DNA of 63,976 bases, filler included, from Dugesia japonica (Eukaryota), in the NCBI GenBank assembly GCA_001938525.1. It is 7 parts of 7 records of this genome, joined end to end, with 100 filler letters (N's around TTAATTAATTAA, not from the genome) between each part and the next. Parts side by side here need not be neighbours in the genome. Positions count along the whole stretch, not along the records: positions 18,448 to 28,228 come from MQRL01520809.1; positions 28,329 to 38,246 come from MQRL01607009.1; 5 more parts are not named here. One strand, 5' to 3'. Below the pieces are notes generated by a model. The model ran no database searches and was not told the origin of the DNA. It was given only the letters and a program-made list of their open reading frames with translations. The position numbers were made by a program, and so were the translations under genes. This document shows, piece by piece, positions 24,004 to 37,105 of the stretch (the first letter of the stretch is position 1; every line of letters begins with the position of its first letter).

Positions 24004-26184
24004 NNNNNNNNNNNNNNNNNNNNNNNNNNNNNNNNNNNNNNNNNNNNNNNNNNATAATAATAATAATAATAATTGTTATTATTATCTTACTGATAGTTGA
24101 TATTGTAATCTTTTGTGTTCTTGTGGAAAATAAAAATGTTTGCTAAATACATGATTAAAAAAATTAATTATTTAATTTATTAATAATTCCATCACTTAGT
24201 TAATGTTAGATAATGTTGCATATAAAGAAATATCTTTAAATTATTTTATTTTAATTTTAACAAATTTATTTTAAAAGTAAATATAAAGTTTGAAATATNN
24301 NNNNNNNNNNNNNNNNNNNNNNNNNNNNNNNNNNNNNNNNNNNNNNNNNTTAGTTTTTATTCATTTAAATGTTTCAAATATAAATAATTAAATATGCCGA
24401 AGTTATGAAACAGTAATAAAACAGCCGAACTGATGACGTCATATATTATATGGAGAACCTTACTATTTAACAAATAGACTGAACCCTGTATTTTAAATTT
24501 GAATTTTTCAAAAATCGTCTCATAAATTATTAGCAAAATAATAAAATGCCACAATGGAACGCACAAAACTCTGTTAGATTTGTACATGAGGCGACAAAAA
24601 CAAAGGTTTGCGAGTTAGATGTATTTTAAACAATTCTAGCCAACATTAAATTATTTTAGTCACTAGCCGAAATATTTGCAGGCAACATGACATTTGAATA
24701 ACTGAATTGAATAAATACTGTACAAAAATAATTAATTTCGTTTGTCTATTTTATTGGTCTATTTCAAAGTTTCAGTTTTCTTAATTTAATGAGATTACAA
24801 AAAGGAAAAACATTATTCTCAAGTTTAAATACATATCAAGCTGACACTTACACCCAGTTCAATTTTATAATGGAAAATTGAACTCAGAATTCATAATAGA
24901 TTTTTAGAATTATACATAGTCTCCATTTACATTAATACAAGTTTTACATTAATAGAACTTTGCTAACGATTAACAAGATTTGAAAAAATCAGTTTTATTC
25001 AAATAATTAAATTTTGTTTTAATTTATTCCGTTATTAACAATCGTGATGTTTCAAGGTATGCAATACCAACACGCAAAACAAACAGAGAAACGATTATCT
25101 CCTTGACACTTTTAACAATTTAGATTAGAAAATTAACTCACTAGCTTCATCATTAATCGTATTAAGTAATCCGACATCTCATATAATATATTCGATTACA
25201 TTTATCTATATCATATTATCTCTTACATATCCTTTATAAAAAAAATTAGTTTCTATAATATGTATAATAAATATATAATTTAAAAACAATATTTAACTAT
25301 GAATAAGTAGAAAAATAATGACTTTAAAAATATGCAGAATAAGTTGAAATTTAATCGTACGAATATATTTTAATATGTTGAAAAACGTTTATCTTTTCCA
25401 TTTTTCAAAAGAACTCATTTTGATATAAATTACCAATTTATCAATAATTCTGTATATATTTATCATACCAATGGATAACTTGTAGTAGGATAAATTATAA
25501 TTTTACTTCACTTTGTAAAACCGTATCAATTAATATTTGTTGAGTGAGAATAAACCAAAATATTTTATATTTGATTAAAAAANNNNNNNNNNNNNNNNNN
25601 NNNNNNNNNNNNNNNNNNNNCATATTTGTATTAGAAACTCTTTATTTAATTATTAAATCCTATTTCTAAGTGGTTACTGATAGATAGATTTTCTAAAAAT
25701 GATTAATTTTCCAAATCATAACAATTAATTTCACATATGTATTTTCTACCTAAAATTGTAAATTATACATTAATTGTAATTATACATTAATTAATAAAAA
25801 GAAATTATCTTAATTCCTATTGATTGAAATTATTCCTAACTATTTCCTTATAGTTACAAAACTGAAATTTTGGTTTCTTTCCCGAATAATCAAAATGTAA
25901 AAATACAGTGCCAAAATATGATTTTAAATAAAAAATTTAGAATTAAAATTTTTAAAATTTATTGCTAATTAATATAATATTTTGTTCTCAGCCAGAATTG
26001 AAATAAATTTTTCAAAATGCTCTGAGGTACGACGACAGGTCATAGGAATAATCAACCATTTAGGCAAAAACTTTGCATCTCAAAGCCCCAGGGGAAATTT
26101 AGTCAGAACACAGTAGTCAAACGTANNNNNNNNNNNNNNNNNNNNNNNNNNNNNNNNNNNNNNNNNNNNNNNNNNNNNNNNNNN

Positions 26185-26239
<55 letters not shown>

Positions 26240-26645
26240 ATTATTATTATTAGTTAAAACAATATTATTAGTAGAATTTTCAATTAAAACAATTTCAATA
26301 GTTTCGTATTTTTCTCTCAACGTTATGCCTTTCTTCAATTTTTGACTGCTAATAATAATCATTCAAACAAATTATTTTTATATTAAATTAATATTTTAAT
26401 AAACAAATTTAAATTAAATTAATGAAACCCAAAAAAAATTTCTGTGATTTAAAATTTAAAAATTATTTTATTAATGATTTAGAAAAAAATTTAAATGACT
26501 TTTATCGAATTTTTTATGATTTTTATCAATATTAAAATAAAAAATTTGAAAATATTTTTTTAAACAAATATCTAGAATTTACCGAAAATTGCAATACATA
26601 GTTTAATAAAACCTCAAATACATTATGAAATTTTAAACGCTTAAA

Positions 26646-26712
<67 letters not shown>

Positions 26713-28328
26713 NNNNNNNNNNNNNNNNNNNNNNNNNNNNNNNNNNNNNNNNNNNNNNNNNNAATAATAATAATAATAATAATGAAAATTTTGAATGATA
26801 TATCTAAAAGCACTGCAAAATATAAAAAATTAAACTTCGCAATAAATCTTCTGCGAATTGCATGAAAAAGAAATTAAACTAGAAAACTTAAAAAGTCGTA
26901 TATCGATGAAGATGGTGAAATCAATCTTGTTTGTTTCATTTGCAAAACTACACATAAAAACAAAAACTAAAGTTATAAAAAATAAATAATGTTAATTAAC
27001 CAGCAGAGAAAATTAATTAAATATTTATGCGTGAAAATTTACTTTCATTGTTGGCGAAGCATTTAATTTGCAAGACTTCTAGAAATGATAATCAAACCCT
27101 TTATTAAATTTCTGGCTATAGTTGTTAGAAAATTCAAAGGGAAACAACGCCAATTACATGACATAAATGTATCTATTATGATCATTCATTTAAACAAGCT
27201 GAATTCATTAAAAATTATATATAATTTTCATTAATTTATTTTAATAAAATATTAACATTTTATCAAATCAATATTTCTAAATAAGAACAGTAAAATATTT
27301 ATATTTAAAATTGGTGTATTTTAATCAATTTAGCATTCATCATTTTTAGAGAAAAATTAATTCGAACATTGAAAAGGAAACCTTAAAATATATTGGCTAA
27401 AGATATGCGTAATATGATTGGTGAATTTATTTGCAGAAATATGAGATTTTATTAGAAGAAACTATCAGTATCTTTCCATGTCTTGCTGAGATTTATGCTT
27501 TAAAAATATGCAGTTTCTCATTGATATATCTACAAACACGCTTCATCATTATGAACAGAAACACACTAGCAAAATTCAAACGGAAACACACATTAATAAA
27601 AGGGCATGCGCATGGATCTCAAAAGAAAAATCACGACGTATTTGTTTGTAAAGCGAATTAGATATACTACTTGGTTATGTCATACATTAACAAATCAAAC
27701 TGCTAATTGATTAGAGAAATAGTATTTCCCCTATAAAATTATAATATCGGCTTTGGTCGCAAAACTAATATTTGATTTCCATTGGGAACAATTTTTCTCA
27801 ATGCGTCCTAGTAAATCTAAACGGTATGAAATAAACAAATTCCTTTAACTTCGTTGTTAGTTTTACATTTGTTTGTAAATGAATTTTAATTTTTACAATT
27901 TAAAAAGCAGTATTTTTTGATTATGCATATTTGTTATTATTTCTTATGTATATAACCAACTTAATTTATGATTATTTAAGCAATTAGAAATTTTCCATCT
28001 AAATAAAACTTAAGATACAAAACATAAAAGTAAATTTCAAATATAAGNNNNNNNNNNNNNNNNNNNNNNNNNNNNNNNNNNNNNNNNNNNNNNNNNNNNN
28101 NNNNNNNNNNNNNNNNNNNCTTACGTGGTAAATGACTTTTGCCAATGCTTCTTAGCAGGACTGATCACAAATAAAACGACTAATGTAAAAATTTCTATTT
28201 CATGTAGTAAATATAAATAAATTTTAAGNNNNNNNNNNNNNNNNNNNNNNNNNNNNNNNNNNNNNNNNNNNNTTAATTAATTAANNNNNNNNNNNNNNNN
28301 NNNNNNNNNNNNNNNNNNNNNNNNNNNN

Positions 28329-28400
28329 TTTCGTTTCGTTACGTCACGGCGGGGGGGGGCTCTGCATGTGTGTGCGCCAGTGCGCTACTATCTATCTACT
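28329..28400 (-). mobile_element. Probable Maverick/Polinton-type terminus related to 9027-9100
   Basis: Reverse complement begins agtagatagatagtagcgca...gcagagccccc...gtgacgtaacga, with the same motif order as 9027-9098. Confidence 0.45.
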
Positions 28401-28789
28401 TTGGATAGAATTGATAATAGTGAAAGGCCTGGTATTTATACAATTAACGATATTGAGAAGGCGCAAAAACATATGCTTTCCCCAATACAAAGAGAGAAAA
28501 TAATATCAATAATGGTCGATAAATTAGCAAGAAGGAGTAATGGAGACGATGTAAATTTTGAATCACTATTGCACGCAGATCATTTTAAAAGGACAATGCG
28601 CAATTTTGTAGATAGATTTTTGGGGGAATGCAATGGTTTGGCAATATATTCTCATGTATTTTATTTGGGTGGTATGTATTAACATTTTTAAAATTAGCAG
28701 GTCATCAAATACTTTCTCTAAGACAATTACATGCAGTTTTTGGTTACACATGGAAATTAGGAGCATGTTTCTGCCCATTTATTGCAAAA

Positions 28790-31700
28790 CCATAGTGAAA
28801 AAATAAAAAATCTAGAAAATAATCGAGGCGTCTATACAGTAAACTTAGATGATGAGCAGGAGTTAAAAAAATTAACTAATGATAGATCATCAGGTACAGA
28901 ATATAAACCATATAAACAAGAAAATATTGAATTAGAACAGATAAAAATAGATGATTCAACACAATATAAATATCAAAAGAATTACTCAATGTCAGTCATA
29001 GATTCGGAAAATAATAGACCCACAACCGATATTATAATAAATGGAATTAGTATACCTTTATTAATAGATACAGGAGCAGTATGCTCAATAATAAAAGAAC
29101 CATGATTAAATAAAGCCTAAAGACAGAAAATAAAAAATTATAAACCAGAAGGTATAAAATCATTCAGAGGTCATATAATAAAAACAAAAGGCATAATTGA
29201 ATGTACGGTCTTAATTGGACAAGAAATTGTGACACATCCATTTAGAGTGATGGAAAATGGAACATAAAATTGTATTTTAGGTATGGATTTTCTGGAAAAA
29301 TTAAAAGGGTACGTCATTGATCTACAAGATAGCACATTAAAAATGATAACATCATTACCGGTGCAAGATGTAGGTAATGTAATAATAACAGTGAAACGCT
29401 GTAGCGAATGTATAATACCTGTAAATACAGAAGTACAGAATAATAAATCATATATTTTTGAACCAAATGATAAATTGATAGAAAAACATAATTTATCAAT
29501 AATGTCTGGATGTGTAGAGCCAAGAAAAGGGATAATACCAATGAGAATAGCTAATTACAACAATTACGATGTAAAACTCCGAAAAAATACAAAATTAGGA
29601 AAATTGTTTGAAAATGGAAATGAATATGAAATATATGAAATTGTAGTTGAAGAACAAAATAAAGAGTGAACTTACAGAGGCAGAATGAACAAGCCCAAAA
29701 TACAAAATCAGTGAAAAAGGGTTGTCAACTAAATAATCATGAATTATCTGAACTTATAATGGAAAAACAAGAAAAAATTGATAAAGTAATTGACAAAAAA
29801 TTAATAAAACAGAAACAAGCAAAATATTATGAAAAAGCGAAAATAACAAATACAGATCTTACTATAAATCAGAGACAACAACTACAGAAATTATTAGATA
29901 AATATGAGCATGCATTCGCTAAACATGAGTTTGATATGGGAGGAACAAATATTATAAAACATATAATCGATACAGGTGATGCAAGACCAATAAAACAACG
30001 ACCGTATGTGGCACCATATGCGTTAAGACCAGAAATCAAAAGACAAGTAGCGGAAAAGAAAGCGAATGGAATCATACGAGATAGTTTTTTTCAATGGGCA
30101 TCGCCAATAGTACCAGTTAAAAAGAAAGATGGTGAAATTAGAATGTGTATCAATTACAGAAAACNNNNNNNNNNNNNNNNNNNNNNNNNNNNNNNNNNNN
30201 NNNNNNNNNNNNNNTACATGAACAATTTAATAAATTAATGAATGCAAAATATTTTGCAAGTTTAGATGCTAATAAAGGTTATAATGTATACCTAGTACAA
30301 GAAGAGGATCAAGAGAAAACAGCATTCTGTACTGATGATGGACTATATGAATTTGTTAGATTACCGTTTGGACTATGTAATGCACCAGCTACATTTCAAA
30401 AATTAATGAACACAGTGATAACAGGTGTGGAGCATGTAGTTGTATATGTGGATGATATACTCATAGCATCTGAAACATTTGAACAACATTTAATTAATAT
30501 AGAAAATGTATTGCCCAGATTTAGAAAAGCGAATATTAAACTAAAACATAACAAAATGTAAATGGGCAGAGGAAAGTGTTTTATTTCTCGGACATATTGT
30601 ATCATCAAAGGGATTGGAGCCAAATCCAGAAAAGATAAAAGCGGTCCAAAAGTTTCCAGTGCCAAAAAGCGTACAACAATTACAAGGATTTAATGGGTTA
30701 GTGGGATATTATCGGAGATTTATACAAGGTTTTGCAAAGATATCAGCACCATTGGTAGAAATAACAAAAGGTATGAAAACAAAAGGTGAAAGTAAAAATG
30801 TCATGATTGTAGAACAATAAGATGAAAAATCAAGGAAGCCTCAGAAGAAATGGGGCCCAAAACAACAAGAAGCTTTTGATACATTAAAACAACGATTGCT
30901 AACAGCTCCAATATTAAGATACCCTGATTTTACAAAGCAATTCATAGTAATGACAGACGCAAGTGGATTTGCCATGGGAGTAGTACTCGGTCAAGAAGAC
31001 GAAAAAAATTAAGATTATGTAATTGCATATGCCAGTAGAATGTTAAAAGGAGCAGAGACAAGGTTTTTAACAATTGAAAAAGAATGTTTAGCTATCATAT
31101 TTCCGTTAAAACAATTTAGACCATTTATATATGGAACAGAAATAATTATCCGAACAGATCATAAACCATTAAAGGGTCTATGGAAAAATAAAGATGCATC
31201 CAGTAGAATACTGAAGTGGGCAATGAAAATCCAAGATATGAGCATACGTATTATATACATGCCAGGTAGAGCAAATAAAAATGCCGATGCATTATCAAGA
31301 ATTCCGGAAATAAATATATTAGAAATGATGTCAATTGTTATGACAGGAACAAACCCAAAAATGTTTTTGGAGGAACAAAATAAAGATATAAAATACAAGA
31401 GGTTAAGAAGATGATGCTTCAAGAAAAGAATACTAAATATAAAATGTATAAGAATTTGCTTATGTAAAATAATTTAGGAAAAAATCTGATGGTTGTACCA
31501 GATTCTCTAAAACAATTGTTATTATTACAATATCATGATGGAGCGCTCAGAGGGCACTTGTCTACTAGAAAAACCACGTCAAGATTACTACAAAAATACA
31601 ATTGGGATAATATCAAAGAGGATGTAAAGAAGTGGTGTCAAGCATGTAGTATCTATGCCACAAGAAAGAATACAAGAATAAAAACCAAGGTTCCATTACA

Positions 31701-32580
31701 ACCAATGCCAATACCCAGCTCACCAATGGAAACATGTGCAATGGGTTTTTTTAAGCAAGTTACCAACAACAATAAAAGGCAACAAACATATATAAGTATT
31801 CAATGATTATTTTACAAAGTGGGCAGAGGCATTTCCTACAAAAGATGAAACAGCAGATACAGTAGCAAAGTTATTAGTTGAAAAGATAATATACAAATAT
31901 GAAGCACCAAAAAAGCTGCTATCAGATAGAGGGAAAGGTTTCCTCAATGAAGTCATACAAAGAATAACAAATATGTTCGATATTAAAAAAATTAATACGA
32001 CGGCTTATTACCCACAAACTGATGGGTTAGTTGAAAGATTTAACGGTACATTATGTAATAGATTGGCAGTTTTCGTAAATAAACATCAAAATGATTGGGA
32101 TCTATTCATTAAACCAACATTGTTCATACATAATACAACTGAGAACGAAGCCACTGGATATTCACCATTTTATCTTATGTATCTAAGACAAAATCATATG
32201 CCTATAGATATAAAATTTGAGCCAATTTTATCACAGTATATGGATAATCCAGATTATGTTACGAAAATGCAAGAAAGATTACAAGAAGTATATAAACAGG
32301 CCAATCTAAAAGTAAAATTCAAACAGGATCAATACAAAGACTATTATGACAGAAAACCTAAAAAACATAATTTTAAAGTAGGAGATAAAGTGAGGATAAA
32401 GACACCAGTTACACAAAAAGGGTTAACAAATAAATTAGCAAGACCTTATAAAGGTCCATATGAAGTAGTAAAAACAACTCTTGCGAACTTGCACGTATAA
32501 AAAATAAAAAAGATGATCCCAAGATTGTGGCAGTTAACCAATGCAAAATGGCAGATGCAGAAACTGATCAAGATCACAAA
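28790..32580 (+). pseudogene. pol: Ty3/gypsy Pol: aspartic protease, spacer, RT, RNase H, integrase
   Basis: LLIDTGA; WASPIVPVKKKDGEIRMCINYR; LPFGLCNAPATFQ; YVDD; MTDASG; IEKECLAI; TDHKPL; NADALSR; HHCC-like YHDGALRGH...CQAC; YPQTDGLVERFN; YKGPYEV. Many stops and frameshifts. Confidence 0.96.
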
Positions 32581-33457
32581 ATTCATTATCACTCTTTGCA
32601 CTAACTTTAGTGACATTATTAAAAATAGGCGCAGCTCAGCTGGAGAAAGAAGAAAGTTTTGGTATTATAAAAGTGATAATATATTCCAATAGAATCGTAC
32701 TCAAGGCACCAAAAAATATAGCAATCGCTGCAACAATAAAAGAGCAAGTAATCGAATATGTCACAGCAAATGAATACATCACGAAGAAGAGATATGTTCT
32801 CAAAGCAATATCAATAAAATTTAACAAAGGATAGGCCAGATAGAAATAAAAGGACTAGAAGCTGATACAACATATAGTATTTGGATACACTATAGAATGA
32901 GTGGAGTCAAATAATTGAGACAGTAAAGATTACACTACCAATGAAACTAATTGCATAACAAAGATATTTAATGACTATTTCAAAAATACAGGAAAAACTG
33001 AGTACAACAAAACCACAGACAAAGGCAAAATTTATGACTATCCCTACAAGACAAGAGAAGTTGAGTACAATCAAACTACAGATAGAAACAACTGTTCATC
33101 ATAATACACTAATACATAGTAGTTCTACAGGGAAAACGACAACAAATGCGATGACCAACAAAAATTCAAAAGGAGATAGAAAGACTTTGAATAATAACAT
33201 GAAATTAGATCATCAACAACNNNNNNNNNNNNNNNNNNNNNNNNNNNNNNNNNNNNNNNNNNNNNNNNNNNNNNNNNNNNNNNNNNNNNNNNNNNNNNNN
33301 NNNNNNNNNNNNNNNNNNNNNNNNNNNNNNNNNNNNNNNNNNNNNNNNTATAGGTGGAAGAGGCAGCGTTATCGGCGTCGCAGTGCCCCACAAATTCCGA
33401 ATTATGTCCAATGGACATTGGTTTGAACACCCAATACCAAATTTGCAAAAAATGTTA
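32580..33457 (+). pseudogene. Accessory ORF: signal peptide, FN3-like domain, Thr-rich repeats, Cys-rich tail
   Basis: SLSLFALTLVTLLKIGAAQ leader; IEIKGLEADTTYSIWIHY matches the FN3 tyrosine-corner pattern; duplicated MTI...QEKLST.K.Q repeats; ends QCPTNSELCP...ICKKC*. Frameshifted and interrupted by a gap. Confidence 0.45.
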
Positions 33458-33808
33458 AAATTCTATATCATTATTTATATATATTTTTATTTATATAATA
33501 AGCTACTAATACATGTGGTAGTATATAGGACTAGTCAGTCCTTAAAATCAAAAATTAATTATTCCATTCTTTTAGAAATAACATCTCAACAAAAGATATC
33601 AGAAACAAGCCAGATCAATCAACACATTATAATTTATAACAGAAAAAACACAAAATACCATTCCTTTACACATTACATAATGTAGTCAAAACAGCACGTT
33701 ACACACATTCGACAATCAAATAATAATATACAGAAAACACATCAATACAAGCAAGCAGAACATAACATAACAAGAAAAGATAACAAAAACAGCGAATTAG
33801 CACAGTCA

Positions 33809-34994
33809 ATGCCCAATAAATCTACACATTCGGCAAACATTCCTTCATTCTCATCCTTAGTCACAAAAGGTGTCGCGCATTTTTATAACCATATACAAAG
33901 TTTTGTGTTCAAAGTTAAAGATAGTGAGCCTAGGATAGAAGTTTTTAATGGTGCAAATACAATCCCGAATGTCTTAAAGAACAACACTTTTGATAAAGAT
34001 ATCATTATGATACGATTTCAGAAGGCTCAGAGATACTCACTACAACAATTGATTGGATATATAGAAATAGAGTGAGATCCACAAGAAGCACTAATAAATA
34101 GCAAACGAGTACTTAAAGAAATTAGATTACATGTTACAAAAACTCCTATTAGATTCTCATATAAAAAGAGATATACATATGCTTGCAAACAACACATTGA
34201 TATTAGAAGGACAAATAGATCCAGGAATGAACGAAATAAAAGTTGCAATACACGATATTCCAGCCGTTCTTTGTGTAGAGTTAATTTATCATGATCGTAT
34301 TCCTGTACCTTTCCCTACATATACTGCTATAAAAGGGCATTGCGCAGTAAACTATATAGATTTAATTAACTATACATCGTTCCTCAAATATGCAATCTTA
34401 ACAGAAACTGATATTGAACAATTAATAGTATATGTAGATATGATAACAGTCAAGGATTCATATTTCAATCTGCAAGTGGTAGAGTTGACTATATTAGATA
34501 ATAAAGGAGAAATTATATTGGACCAAACCCTATGTCAACGAGAAAGGATAAAGCATTTTGACACGCCGAGTACAGGGTATACCCATGAAAAGATAAAGAA
34601 ATTTCAAGATGCATATCCTATAATTCTGAAGGCACGGCAGTTACTGTACGGGAAAATACTAGTCGACTTTGAATTAGGAAATAAACTAACGAGTCTACAC
34701 ATTGACCACAGACATGTTATTGGTATCATAGATCTTGCGGAAGACAGATGGCATAAGACGTATACTCCAAATGTAAAGAAGTTGAAATTGATCCACCATA
34801 TGGAAGCAGTATTCAAATCCATAAGGCAGGATAGGGTCATCGGAGATATGTTGAAAACAGCGAGAGAAAAAGCGCAGGAATCAACAGCAAAACGAATAAC
34901 ATTCATAAAGATTACATACAAACAAATAATTACTCAGCAAACATGGCAAGATTCTATATATCCTGGTAATAATCCGGTTATGGAAGGTATATAA
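33809..34994 (+). pseudogene. Accessory ORF ending in a REX4/ISG20-like DEDDh 3'-5' exonuclease fold with altered catalytic residues
   Basis: LIVYVDMITV...VELTILDNKGEIILDQTL...IKHFDTPSTGYT...LLYGKILVDFELGNKLTSLHIDH...IIDLA follows the REX4-family pattern VAIDCEMV...ARVSIVN..G.V..D....SGI...LL.GKILVGH.L.NDL..L.L.H...DTA. Confidence 0.7.
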
Positions 34995-34999
34995 AATAA

Positions 35000-35740
35000 T
35001 GCGCCAATATTGCAAGAAGTCATGACTAGAGAAAAGGAGAAACCAGATAGTGTGATATGAATATTAGACTCTGGAAGAGAATAGAGAAGAGACAGATGGA
35101 AGCACATATAGTCAATCCAATATGGGTAATGACATGGATATAGAATGGGACGAGGTAGACTTACCAGAAGAACGTAGATTACATAACGACACTGGTGAGC
35201 AGCAGAGACTGATTGATGATATAATACAACGAAATCCTAAAGAGATACAAACTGATATGGACGCATCTGAGGTTGACGAAATTCCAGAAAGGACCATGTC
35301 ACAAAGAGACCAAAAGGAGTCTGAAAGTGAAACTGAATACTGGTCAGGTGAGGAAGTGGAGGATCTTAGTTTAGATCAAGTAAGAGGAGATCGCGAGGTA
35401 ATAACGTATTATACGAATAGCGACAGTGATGATCTTGGTCCTGAGCCACAAATTGATATATATGAACCTGGTACTGTCAATTTAAATAGAGCCATCAAAA
35501 TAGATAAGTTGGATGGAAATATTAACAATGCAAAAATAACTTTGTAAAGGATATCGGGTAAAGATATGCAACTACAGTTTGGAAAGAAACGCATTAGATT
35601 GACAACCATTAAAGAAGATAGTAAGAAGACATTAAAGTTTGTTGTTGAAAATGTTTTGCTTAACACCATTGCTGTCACGAAAAGGGTGCCACTCTTACAC
35701 TTTCCGTTAACAATGATTAAAACACATTATATATATCTAG
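35000..35740 (+). pseudogene. Accessory ORF, strongly acidic, unknown function
   Basis: ORFs 35122-35547 and 35566-35802 are in one frame separated by a single stop; D/E-rich. Confidence 0.45.
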
Positions 35741-35798
35741 TAATTATTATTATAATGTCTTTCTTTTTATACCTATTATTGATATTATATATTTTAGA

Positions 35799-37076
35799 AT
35801 GAATTCCGATTTTCAATCTCAGCAACTATTTTTATTAGACAAAACACGCATCATATTATATGAAAAACATAGAAGCCTCACGAATCCTTATAACTACTGT
35901 TGGCAGGACATTGAATTAATTATCTTGTTCATTGAAGACGACCCCATATGTCCCTTATGTTATGACCAGCCTTTATTACCTCGAATAGCACCCTGTGGAC
36001 ACTTCTTTTGTTTCGCTTGCATAACCCAATACTTTCATGTCACCAACTCTGATAATGTACCTTGCTCTTCTTGTAGAACTCAAAGAGTATTTAACACTTA
36101 ACTAAAACGTGACAACTTTTGTTACATTACTCGACCCCATATCGAACAATTCATTCCATTAACCCTCCTGATTAAAATGCCATATAATAATTGCACACGT
36201 TTTGCTCATCTTACCCATGTAATTCAGCAGATGGATGTCCCTGATAGTTGTAACTCCATTAGCGATTTCCAAGACATCTGCATCCAATACGATTCTCTAT
36301 CAATAAAACAGATTAACAACAACATTAGGACAGTTAATTATGGCCAGTTCACAGCAGCGCAAAAAAGGAAATTGATCAAGCTACTTAAAATTGAAAGAAA
36401 ACATTTTACATTCAATATTAAAATTCTTGATAAGTTTGAACACGAAAAGTCGTTCACAGATAAGACCCGTAATGAGGATAAATTCAATCTCCTCGCCCAT
36501 TACTCTACACTAACAAATGTTGAGTTATTTTACCAAACAGCTATCTTCCCACGAACTTTTCTCAACAATGTGCAGACAAAAATGTTTTTAGACAATCAAT
36601 CTGAAGACATTCCCTTTCGCATGGGTGGATACATCACAGCCATGGAAGAAGTAATCGTTGATCACCATTTAGATCTAAATAGACCATATCATTTCCTACC
36701 TAATCGAACAAAAATTAGAATAGTGACAATCCGAATGGAGACATCCTCCACCTCAAGACATCTTGGCCCATTAAGTTATCTACACATTCATGCCAATATA
36801 ACAAGGCTAGCAATAGAGAGGCGTAATAAAGATTTACAAGATATCGCAAACGAGAGTAAAGCTAGAGTAAAGCCGGGTCAACTGGCCAGAATACTCACCC
36901 GTCACTCCAATACAAAAGCAATGGATATTTTCTCTAGAAGCCCTTCTGTTTGCCCATCTTCCATAAATCCAGAAGCCGAATTCCCGGCATGTATTTTCAA
37001 TGAACCTTGTTCCAATGATACCTTTTCACCGTATCACGATATTGCATGTCCTTATTTCGCGTTTACCCAAAGATGA
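35799..37076 (+). pseudogene. Intronless RNF10/Mag2-like C3HC4 RING E3 ligase inside the retrotransposon (426 codons, one internal stop at 36099)
   Basis: QLFLL...WQDIELI...CPLCYDQPLLPRIAPCGHFFCFACITQYF...CSSC, then LK...IPLTLLIK, FYQTAIFPRTFLNNVQTKMF and YHFLP...IRIVTIRM; these follow the order of RNF10 blocks (ELFLQAN, W..VEQV, RING, FYQAEDGQHMFLHP.N...L, YLSHLP..CEFSICEL). Confidence 0.75.
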
Positions 37077-37091
37077 TGGAGCATCTTTTTT

Positions 37092-37101
37092 GGAGAGGGA
37101 A
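37092..37101 (+). promoter_or_regulatory. Polypurine tract
   Basis: T-run followed by ggagagggaa, 4 nt before TGTTG. Confidence 0.7.
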
Positions 37102-37105
37102 CGTT

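Noticed and set aside
18680-26813. Poly-N/poly-I ORFs (18680, 22784, 23934, 26117, 26532; also 48076 and 48128)
   Set aside because: Translations of (AAT)n microsatellites and gaps.
29283-29669. Possible dUTPase between protease and RT
   Set aside because: Only a beta-rich spacer with a faint resemblance (IANYNNYDVKLRKNTKLG); the dUTPase catalytic motifs are absent and such spacers are common in gypsy pol.
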